Source: Podarcis filfolensis
Lineage: Eukaryota
NCBI GenBank assembly: GCA_964270895.1
Contig: OZ185435.1
Direction: 5' to 3' (one strand)
Length of the DNA stretch: 64,000 nucleotides
This document shows positions 47,501-57,959 of this stretch, piece after piece; positions within the stretch are counted from its first letter, which is position 1, and every line of letters starts with the position of its first letter. The position numbers and the translations under genes were made by a program. The notes beneath the pieces were generated by a model. That model was not told the DNA's origin, searched no databases, and saw nothing but the letters and a program-made list of their open reading frames with translations.

Positions 47501-50500
47501 TATTGAGATCCACCAAACAGAGCCTGGTCTATATACACTTGTACTCCAATAATAAGTTACCTAAGGCTCAGTATGGTACATGTTTCACATCAGGGAACCT
47601 CTGAAGGTGCAACCAGAGGCCCAGGGACACAATGTGCCTATGCTGCACGCACCTGGACACTGATGATGTTGCCTCCATTGTGGTAGAGATGAGGCTTGAT
47701 CTTGGGCAGCAGGACTCTCAACCATCTGTCCACAGCTTGCAGGTAATCTAGGAGCATGAATCAGCTTGCTCAGGCAACAACTGGGGCTCCTTTTCCCTAT
47801 TTCCAACACCTTGCTATGACAAGAATTGGTAATTGTGGTACTGTGTACAGAGAAAAGGTCTGAAAGTGCCCCTTGGCCATTATATACCACTCACATGGGC
47901 TGCTTTAATTCTGTGGAAGAGACATGGAAGTTGGAAGGCCCAGATGACTGGCCCTCTAACAGCTTGATATGAAGCAGCCAGAACCACACAAAGACACCAA
48001 CCATTTAGGACTTACAACCCTCCAGATCTTGTGGATTATAATTCTGATCATTCCTGAACAATGATGGCTGGGGTGGATGGGAAATGGAATCCAAATGCAT
48101 CTGGAGAGCCACAGGTTCCCCACCCCTGATCTTTTTGCAAACCATTCTGAGGTTTTCTACAGTCAAGTGGTATATAAATTTTATGAAATAAATAAATCTA
48201 CAGAATTGAACACGAGATCCAGAGGGTCTGCCCCCTCCCTCTAGTTCTATCTTACCTGAGTCAGTTGTGCGCAGGGCAATATCTGGCTTTGTCAACAGCC
48301 AGGATGGAAGGCCACCCTAGGAAATAAGGTCAAGAGGTAAACAGTTCAAATAATGTCAGGGCCCGTAGTTGCTCTTCTCCTGCTCCAAATCAATAAGAAA
48401 TGGTGGAAAGGTCAGAAGGCAAGAATCCAGGGTCGGAAAAGTAGGTTTCAGATTTGTTATCATAAAAAAGTTGCTGAAGCCATGAGAGCAAGAAAATGTG
48501 TAGAGATCAAGAACTGGGAAAGATAATGTAGAGAAAAAGTAGAAGATTAAAAACCTAGAAAGGTAAGACAAAGCTGAAAACTCAGAGAGATAAGGCAAGG
48601 TAAGGAGTTAAAGAGGATAAAATGATCAATGACTAGCAACCCTGTGTGAATTGTGAGAGAGGTGAATTGTGCAGCATTCAGGTACTGCAAGTGAGTCTTA
48701 GCCCATCTGAATCTTTTGCCCAGCACTCACCATCTCCCATTCAGCACAGATGTAGGGTCCAGGTCGCAAGATCACCAAAAGGTCTAACTCGGCTACCAAG
48801 TTCAGAAATTTTTCCAAGTCTCTGTCACCAGAAAAGTTGTAGACACCAGGCTGTGGCTCATGGTAGTTCCAGGGCACATAGCTGAAGGGCGAAAATACAT
48901 ATTTCAGTTTGAAATAAGAAGGTGAGACAAGGAGGATACACCCCAAGAGATGCTTGAGGATTAACAGGGCAAGAATTTGTTACTCTTTTTATATTGTAAT
49001 TTTATGTTGTGAATTCCTCTGAGATATACAAACGAAGGCTGGTATACAAATTAAAAAATTATACACACACACACACTCAGTGGCGGAGCTTCATGCTCTG
49101 GCACCGGGGGATGGAGAGCAGGTGGGGGCGGGGCTGGAGCGCATCCTGGGGGCGTGGCATGCCACCTGCGGGGGCGTGGCACCCAGCACAGGCGAGCAGC
49201 CATGATGGCACCCCACCGGGATCGCGTTGCCGGGGGCGGTGCACACACCCCGCAATCCTCTTCCTCCGCCAGTGCACACACTTATGGCCTAGGCTGACCA
49301 GATCCAAAAGAGGACACAGCTCTTGCACTTTTAATAGTTGTGCAGAAGAGGGAATTTCAGTAGGTATAGTTTGCATAATAAGCTACCCCCACTGACATTT
49401 CCTCTGCGATGTAATTATTATAGGTGCCAGAAACACCACCCTTCTTCCTTCTTTACAGTTCATCTACAACTGGTTCTCAGCCTAGTATGGCCAAACATTT
49501 AAATATAACAAGGAACAGAGGGGGCATGAACAGAAATCTTTCTCCCTCAGCTTTCAGGTTGCGATGAGAGTGGAGGTGATTCCATTTTAAAAGAAAGCTG
49601 TACTGGAACAGGCTCATGTATTTGTCATCTGGGCCACACGTTTTCAGTGCAAGGAACTTGGGCCAGCTCCACCTTCAGACAGCATAAGCTTCTCTGCTCT
49701 AAATGTTGACCAGAGTCTGCAGTGAGGACTATACAGTGAGAAAAATGGAGCACCTGTGCGCAGTCATTAGCCTCTGTCCTTCACTGTGGCACAGAATAAG
49801 TCCCAAGAGCCACTTCCCCTTCTGGTCACTTACATTTGCACAGCATTGAGGCCACTCATGTACATCTTGAGGAGCCGATCTTTCCAATAGGCAGGTGGGA
49901 CACGGAAGTAATGGATGCTGCCTGAGATATAGCGAAATCTAGCACCATCTTTGAGGAAGCAGTTATTCACATAATCAATGCGGAAGGAACGGTCTGTTGA
50001 GGAGGCCTGGCATTCAGGACAGGAGGGGAAAGAGAGTATTATTATTTTTTGTATAAAATTGAAACTTCATCCCATCTCCTGCTGAGAGGATCAAATAGAG
50101 AATGCCATCCTCTTCCCCTCTGCCATAGCAAGAGATATTTATGTCATCTCCCTGGCTATGGAACCTGGGTAGTAAGCTTGACACGGACTGTTTTGTGGGT
50201 AAGTCTGCAATGTGATTGCTTTGAAAAGAATCCTCTTAGATTTATGAGACATTATCCCTCTCCAGATCCTGGAAGATCAATTCTAAGATCCCAGTCAAGA
50301 TTTGCACCTGAGGTTCAAGTCTGACCCACTCCCTCCAGGACTCCAGCACACACACACACACACACATCACTGGTTCACGTGTGGCCCATTTACTAAATCA
50401 TAATTTGAAGCCACTCAATTCTCTGCTTCCAATATTATGCTTTACCCTCTGCAAATATTCACACACACACACACAAAGTTTTTGTCATTTGGTCCTGCCC

Positions 50501-50950
50501 CTGAAATTGTTTCCACTAGTATAGACTGCTCATCATTACTGGCCAATTCACCGAGAATCTGACAGTTGGGAATGTAGCCAGTTTCTCTCTCTCCCTTGCA
50601 GCCATTTTTTTGGCTGAATGGGATTTTTTTTAAGGCAGCATGGCTTGATTACATATTGGGGAACTCCCAATATGAACCCATTCCTATACAACAGGCAAAA
50701 TAATAGATGGGGGAAAGGAACCAAGAAGAGGTAAGGAAAAGCTTGAGCTCAGTTTGACTGGGGGGAGAGCAAGTGGGGAATCTAAAGCAACAGAAAAGGA
50801 AATCCTCAAATTTCCCCTAGGCAGTCTAAGATGGTTCCATCTCAGCTGTTTCTTCCAAAGAAACACCCTCCTGCAGTTCTCCTTCTTGTTGCTTACCTGG
50901 AGTTGCAGGCCTCCCAACACCACCATCAAAACACACAGCAGCAGCTCCAT
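41579..50950 (-). CDS. GLB1L: Beta-galactosidase-1-like protein (glycoside hydrolase family 35), CDS 1893 nt / 630 aa
   Basis: Coding exons (minus): 50950-50897, 50006-49834, 48881-48731, 48316-48256, 47747-47653, 47162-46982, 46889-46831, 46243-46122, 45727-45687, 45576-45458, 44684-44610, 44120-44031, 43917-43804, 43607-43476, 42894-42688, 41797-41579 (TGA). Signal peptide [21 protein letters not shown]35 motifs [46 protein letters not shown] (acid/base Glu), [14 protein letters not shown] (nucleophile Glu), [10 protein letters not shown] and TSYDYDAP. The paralog is assigned by synteny between ANKZF1 and STK16. Confidence 0.93.
49078..49274. mobile_element. CpG-rich hAT MITE
   Basis: TIRs CAGTGGCGGAG / CTCCGCCAGTG and an exact 8-bp TSD CACACACT. 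It is a GC-rich island in an AT-rich GLB1L intron. Confidence 0.85.
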
Positions 50951-51446
50951 CTCTTTGGTTACAGCTTCAGCCTGGGACAAGAGAGTCACAAGGAGTCATC
51001 ACATGACAAGCTAGTGGGCAGGCCTGGTGCTTCCTCTGGTTGGTCCCTGTGAGGAGGGAAGTAAGTAAAGACAGGCCTTATTTGAACAGAGAGGTGGAAA
51101 AGAGGAGGCAATGTTCCAGCAACTATATACAGAGTCCGTGACTATAAATCAGAGGAGGAAATTATGAGGCACAAAACTCCCTCCAAATCCCAGGGAGAGA
51201 ATTATGAAGCAGCACAGAGGAACTGGAACACAGAGTTGGTTTCCCGTACTCAAATTACAGAAGTATGAGAAACATAAACTTCTTCAAATCATCAGAAATG
51301 GTAGTTTGTGCTGCTCAGAGTTATATAGTGGATAGAAGCAGAGAGACAGCAGAGTTGGCACTGCACTGCACAGCTGTCTACCACTGGATCAAAAGAATCA
51401 ATCTTGTTGTTTTGGTAGCACAAAAGGATTCAGGTTTCTATGGCTC

Positions 51447-51608
51447 TGTACACACCATGCATTGAAAGTACGTTACTTTTCCCGAAGAATCTTGAGAACT
51501 GTAGTTTGTTAAGGGTGCTGGGAATTGTAGCTACACAAGGGACAAACTACAGTTCCCATAATTCTTTGGGGAAAGTCAGATGCTTTTAATATATGGTATG
51601 TATGCAGT
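51447..51608. repeat. Palindromic interspersed repeat, second copy
   Basis: Shares actgtagtttgttaaggg and caaactacagttccca.aattctttgggg...atatatggt with 660-815. Confidence 0.65.
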
Positions 51609-54364
51609 CTCAGGGGACTTTAATTCTCCTTTATACATATAGACAAAATGTGGACATGTTTTGTAAGTTACATTAAGTATCCAAATGAGCTACACCAAAT
51701 GCAGTGATTAGTCAAGGACCTGACATGCCTATCTAGTCTACAACAGCAGAAGAATCAGTGAGAACATCTAGTCTGACCTCCCTCAGATAATTTAAGGAAT
51801 GCGCTAATCTATTGTAATACTGGGGGGCTATTACATTACAAATAACCAAATAATCTGTTTGGTCTGAAGGCTATGAGTAATGGAAAATTTACATTCTTTC
51901 CCTCCCACCAGCAGCTTGTTGCAATGATTAATCTGCACAGTCTGCTAAATCCTGGGATCTATCTTCTAATATGGATGTATCCGGTTTTAACTTCCAGCTG
52001 TTCAATTAAATTGCACTTTGACATTTAATCCACTATCATTAATCAGTGCTTATTTTTCTTTCTGAGAGAAGCTGCAAGATGGTGCTCCATTAGTCTCCTT
52101 TACTTTTTGGTTTGTTTGTTATAATCATTGCTTCCTTGGTGCCTTTCTGCTCCCACATTTAATACTGTTGCACGCCACCCTAGTTTCTGAGCAGTGCAAG
52201 ATTCCAGGGGTTCTAGGGGTTCATTTACCCTGGGTTTGTGTTTCCTTTGGGAATGTGGCACAGTGGCGACTGCAGTGTCTTTAGGATATATGGTTTATTT
52301 ACATATATATACAACCTGAGCCTACAATGGAAGGGTTCACAGCATTAACACCCCTAGAAGGCCTTGCTTGTCTCATAGCCACAGCCTTAGATTCCAGCAG
52401 AAATCAGGCCTGGCACTCTCTCGCTCTCTCTGGCTTTCCAACCCACTGTTTTTGGCTCCAGCTTCTAGTTCACATAACTCAACCCTCAACTCTGTCCTTT
52501 TGTCTTTCCGACCAGGGAAGGAAGGCCCATCCATTTGCCCTCTGGCACAGAGCCACTCCCTTTGCTCCCTGAAGGACTCTTACTTAGAAGGCTATTTCCA
52601 GGCTGGCCTGGCTATTTCAGCAACTGAATCCATGCTGGATCTAGGAATTAAAAGAAGGGCTCAGGCATACAGCCTACCCACTTCCAAACTCATAATAAAA
52701 CTAAAACAGGTTGCAATTTCTCCTAACTACAATTAATGTTAGAGGCCTGTCTTCCTTGCTCTGTGTACCCCACTGGCATAAATTTATCCCTTTCTATAGG
52801 AATGAGATGCTCAGCCATATAGTATCTTATAATACAAAGTCAGACCACTGGTCATCCAGTCCAGAAATTGTTTACTCTATAGCATCTTTATAGTCTTGGA
52901 AAGACAGTAGTCTTTCTCAACCCTGCTTCTTGAAACCCATTTAAGTGAAGTCACAAGGAACTAAACCTGGGAGATTCTGTGGGCAAAGCTGGCTCTGTCA
53001 GTGCACTCCCCAAAACAGAATCCTAAGAGAAACTCAAGTAACCGATGATAAAATTATAGAGGTCAAGAGGACTGAAAAGCCTGCCAGTCTGCACCTTGCC
53101 CAGTGTAAAACTATTCATCCACCAAACCCTCACAGTTCCAGACTATAATTTGCCAAGAAAAAGGGAGCAAGTGCACTGCAGAAAGGTGCATGCAGGGATA
53201 ATAGTTTGAAAAGACTTACACAAATGGGTTGAGCTACACACTACAAGGGAAATCCCAAATCTCCTAGGGTCCTTACCAACCTGACTGGTGTGAGGGGGAT
53301 TCTTGCCCAGTCCCAAATACAGGCACAAACAAAACCTTGTCTACTAATTGAATGCTTTTCTTTTCTATCCAACACATCACATATTTAGGCAGCAGGCAAT
53401 GCAGTTAAGGAATGCTGTCAATGGGTTTGACTCCTTATCACTTGACTGTGGTTAATTTTGGGTTTGTGGCATGTTTGTGGTTTAAAAGCTGTGTTTAAAT
53501 TTGGCATGATGTACAATACTTATTAACACAGTAGAGCATGAATATCAGAGTCCAGTGAATGCATCAAAAGCACAGTCCCAGAATTAAACCTGAAGAAAAC
53601 ATACAAGAGTAAGTGTCATCTATGATTTAATATCATTTTGGATATATTCTACTGAAAAATAAAGATACTATTACCTGTTTGTTACACTACTCTATGAACA
53701 ACTGTGGTACATTTTATATGATTAATATTATAGATTTGTTTTGTGTATGACATTTTAATATGTATTTTAAATAGAATACATCCAACTTACAAAAACTCAC
53801 CTGTCATCTAAAGAACCTTTTACTTACTGGGCCTTTGCATTACTGTGTCCAGTCAGCAGCAGGAGTCATTTGTATACCCGCAGGATGATGCATATCTTTG
53901 CCACACCAGAGCTATATCACCTTTGATGTCACCACATTCTGTGCCATCTCACAAAGGGATAGGATGTTCTAGGAATATGGGTCTCATCAAGAGTCACAGA
54001 CTGGTACAAGTTATGAGAAACACATCAGGTTCCAGAAATACCACCTTAGTTTTATTCTAAGCCAGAGGGATTACTTGGACATTATATGGGGTGCCCCCCT
54101 TCTCATATTCATATTTGAGAACTGAGGAAATGAAATTATTTTTATCATCATTATCATCATCATCCATAGTGGTAGTAAAATTAATTCTCCTTCATGTCTT
54201 GTGGGTGGCTGGTGTAGTGAACTTAGTGGGAGAAAATATGCATTCAAATCCAAACTCTTATGGTACCGGGAAATTGGAAGGGGGGTGAGAGATCTTTCCC
54301 ACCACCACCACAAGCCTTGCCTCTCCATACTAGGAGCCAAAGACAAAGAGACTCTGCTACCAAA

Positions 54365-55040
54365 TGTAGCAGTTCATTGATAAATGTATCTATGTATTAG
54401 GTCAATGGAAAACGTTAGAAATTCATATAAAATCACTGCAATGACAGATTTACACCATTCCAACATTGTTCTACTCAGAAGGAAAATGGCTAGCAGGGGA
54501 GGAACTTCGGAAATGGGTAGGGGCAGCCATAATCCCTGAAGGGTGAGACCCCCTACACTTGGGTGATAATCTCTAGCATCCTGGCACCTGAGTACCAGAA
54601 CAGGTAGTCATTCTAAGAACAATCCCAAACCCAACCTTAGTGGATTGGGTCTTGGTCAAGACAAAGGGTGTGCTTAACTTGTCTGGGAAAACAGGAAAAT
54701 GTAAATACTTACCTTTGTTTCGCCTAAAGATTGGAAGGTGGGGGTCATGTGAGGACAGGGTAAGCCTGGTGCTCAGGTTTCTGCCAGAAGACCCCTCCCA
54801 ACTTATGACATAGTTATGACAAATGTATGATGTTTTACTAAGGGTGTTACGGGGAAGTTGGGAAACTTATAAAAACAGGGAGCCATCCTTTGTTTGGGAC
54901 TTCTTTCTGCTTCTTCCATGTGGCAGTCTTGTTGCAACAATAAAGATCAGGCCTACTGGCCACTGCTTTCCTTCGATCTCCTGGCTAAAGTCTCTTGCTT
55001 GTGACCCCCAACCTGAACCTATGGGAGCCAAAGTTAGGCA
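54365..55040 (+). mobile_element. Putative solo LTR (boundaries uncertain)
   Basis: TATAAAA at 54868, AATAAA at 54939 and a possible CA end at 55040. I could not verify a TSD. Confidence 0.45.
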
Positions 55041-55069
55041 ATTGTGGGGTGCTCCAATGACTCCCTTAT

Positions 55070-55390
55070 ACTCAAACACCAAGTTAGCTGAACACTCTTG
55101 GGCTAGCCACCACCGGCCTACCCTACCTCACAGGGTTGTTGAGGATAAAGAGGGGCGCCGGCCAGTGGTGTAGCGTGGGGGGTGCAGGGGGGGCCGGCCG
55201 CACCGGGCGCAACATCTGGGGGGGCACACTCGCACTCGCAGCTCTCTGCTCCCTGCTAAAATCCACAGGTTAGGGGGCGCAAATTACTTGCCTTGCCCCG
55301 GGTGCTGACAACCCACGCTATGCCACTGGCGCCGGCATACAGAGCTCTTTAGAGGACTACTAGGTTAAAAACGTAACAAAATAATAAAAT
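55070..55390 (+). mobile_element. MIR/Ther1-derived squamate SINE (Squam3-like), interrupted by a hAT MITE
   Basis: Core cctacctcacagggttgttgaggataaa and an A-rich tail. Related copies at about 3517-3734 (-), 6290-6350 (+) and 44790-44900 (+). The family name is from memory. Confidence 0.55.
55163..55328. mobile_element. CpG-rich hAT MITE nested in a SINE
   Basis: TIRs CAGTGGTGTAGCGTGGG / CCCACGCTATGCCACTG and an exact 8-bp TSD GCGCCGGC (55155-55162, 55329-55336). Confidence 0.9.
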
Positions 55391-55639
55391 GTTGAAGCCT
55401 TACATAGGATTCAAAAGGGGAGGGGTTAAAGAAACAAGAGGTGTGCAAATTTTATGAAAAAAGGAATAACAAATCTTCACAACAACCCTGTGAGGTAAAC
55501 CAGTGTTTATGATGGTGTGCATTTACTTGGGAATAAGCCTCACTGAATTCAACACATTTACTCCTCAGTAAACACGCATAGGGGACCAGAATCCACTAAC
55601 CACGTCCAACCACAACACTCTGTCCCCTAAGCTGGGACA

Positions 55640-56300
55640 TTCTGCTCCTGTGACTTCCCCCCCTCCCCTCCCCCCATTTCCTGTTCGGTTTCCTCCCTTC
55701 CACGCTCCCTGCCCTCCGCTCCCGCAGCTCCTGCTCCGCCCCCTTGAACGGTTGCTAGGCTACCTTCTGCGGGCGGCAGTGCGGATGGCGCGGAATAATG
55801 ACGTTGAGAGGCGGAGTGCGCGGCTTCTGTCGCGCTGTAGCTCCTTCGGAAGCGTCCGTGCGCCGGACAGAGACGGGTGAGTCCTTAGCCCACTCCTCTC
55901 CGCCCCCGCCCCGGCCCCGCCCCATCTCCGCAGGTAGGCGGGGCCTTAGGAAAAGTGACAGGGTCGTGGGCTTCCACTATTCCTGGCTCCAGCCTGCTGG
56001 GGCCAGAAAGAGAGCTTCGCGTGGGCTCCTCAAGGCAATGCTTCAGCTCCCTTCCCCCTCATTTTGAGCCCGGGCTCAACTCCGGGAACCTAGTCCGAAT
56101 GTCCGGGCTCAGCACTGGAACAAAATGACATAACAACGAAAGCGAACGTGCCTCTAGCCATGTACAGAGTGTATCCCCCCTCCCTCGTGGCGGAGTCAGC
56201 TTAGGCACCGCACTGCGGAGGGAGGGAGATGTTGGTGACAAAGCCTTCATCTCAGGAGCGCCCACGCGTGGTTTTCTCCTGGGTGGTGTGGAAGCTGATC
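55640..56300. promoter_or_regulatory. CpG island, bidirectional GLB1L/STK16 promoter
   Basis: CpG-rich, with TGACGT at 55799, CGGAAG at 55847 and GC boxes around 55900-55920. STK16-sense donor CGG|GTGAGT at 55876; candidate GLB1L-sense donor AAG|GTAGCC at 55764. Confidence 0.75.
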
Positions 56301-57959
56301 TCTGCTGTTTCTGCCCCTCCTCCACCTACTCCGGAATGCAGCCTCTCGTTCAAATCGGAATGATTCAATTGGAGGTCACTTGAGTAGGAAGCTGGTGTCA
56401 TGTGTTTGTAAAGTGAGCTGTCGTTGCCAGCTGTCACCTGGAGAGAGAGGAAAAACTAGGTCTCCTCGGACCCCAGATACCAACCAATGTTAGAAACTGT
56501 GTAATTTACAAAGGCGTGTACTGTGTTATAGGGAGCTTGCCATGGGTGTTTCCAAAATGTTTCATTTATTACTTGCACTTTAAAAACTGTAAACTGTAAC
56601 ACACTTCTAGTAGCCATTCACTGAAACATTTTCACTTCCTCTCCTTGCCTGAGTGGAGTTCTCTGTGTATATAATTCAGCTGGTGTCACGATTTAGACTG
56701 CAATCCTAACTCCATTTACCTTGGACTAAGCCACATTGGATTCAGTAGGACTTACTTGTGCCTAAGGTGATACCAGTTATGGGCCATCATAGACATGTTG
56801 CTGCATGGTATGCATTCTTTTCCTGCCCAGATGAAAAAATGGGTTTTCCCTTTCTCTGGGGATGGAGAGGGGAGAGACTGCTGTAACTAGACATAGAATC
56901 CTGAATGAATGAAGTTGCAGTCTCATTTCCACATAAGCAGGCTATTTGCTTTTGGAAGATCCAGTGAATATATTTTTTTCAATCTTGAGTTGTGACTGAT
57001 CATCACATTTGAAGTGGGAAATTAACTAGACATACTCTTCTTCAATCCGCCAGCAGATTCAATGATGAGAGGGTGGAGAAGTTGTTTCCCCCCAGCACCT
57101 ATTTGCTTGAGGCACCTAGGATCATTTGCTTTCTTGGTGCCAGTTTTGTGGATGCTGCTGTTCAATTGCACATGTTAATTAGGGAACAGGAGACTGGTAA
57201 GTGAACACTCCTATCTTTAGGCAAGAGAAAGGTCTTAGATTGTCTTGTACGCCCTTTTAACTCTAGAAGTTAGGTTGAAGGATTGTCTGTTCCACTATGA
57301 AAGTGCTCATTAAGATCATTGTGAGAAAGGCCTTTCCACGTTCCACCAATATCTGAGGTGCATTTCTTGTGGGACAGGGCCTTCTCAGTGGCTGCACTCA
57401 TTCTCTGGAGTTCCATCCCTAGACCCATCTTGACTTGTCTCTGATGCACTGTCACCGACTGGCCAATTTTATTTTATTTTATTTTTATTTTTGTGTTTTT
57501 GGGGTTTTACCCTGCTACACTTTCATACAGTGCAAGTTTTTAGCTTTCAGCTGGCTGCTGGCTTTAATTCCTTTCATATTTATTCATTGGAGTTTCCATT
57601 GTATTTGTGATATTATGAGTTGTATCCAGTGAAACTGTCCCATTCTTGCAAGAACTTCAGCTTGTGCAATGGAACTTGCCCTCTTTCTTCATCCCACACA
57701 TATATCCTCTGGGTTTCCCCCCCAATCCTCAGGAGCAGATTGTGGGGTGGAGCATGGGAAGAGGAGGGGAAATTCTAATGCACAAGCAGAAGTCCTCGCA
57801 GGAACACAAAGATTTTGTTGGATGCAGCCCCTTCAAATTGTTAATGCTGTTAGTCATCTTCAGCATCATGTATGAAAAGGCAGGAGACAAAATATTATAA
57901 ATGAATAAATATTGCTTTCTTTCCCTCTGTAGGACCTGAAGGATGTTGGAGCAACCATC

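Noticed and set aside
50684-50989. ORF-track start (MTLLSQ...) for GLB1L
   Set aside because: That start is a GTG. The ATG at 50950 has a strong Kozak context and begins a typical signal peptide.
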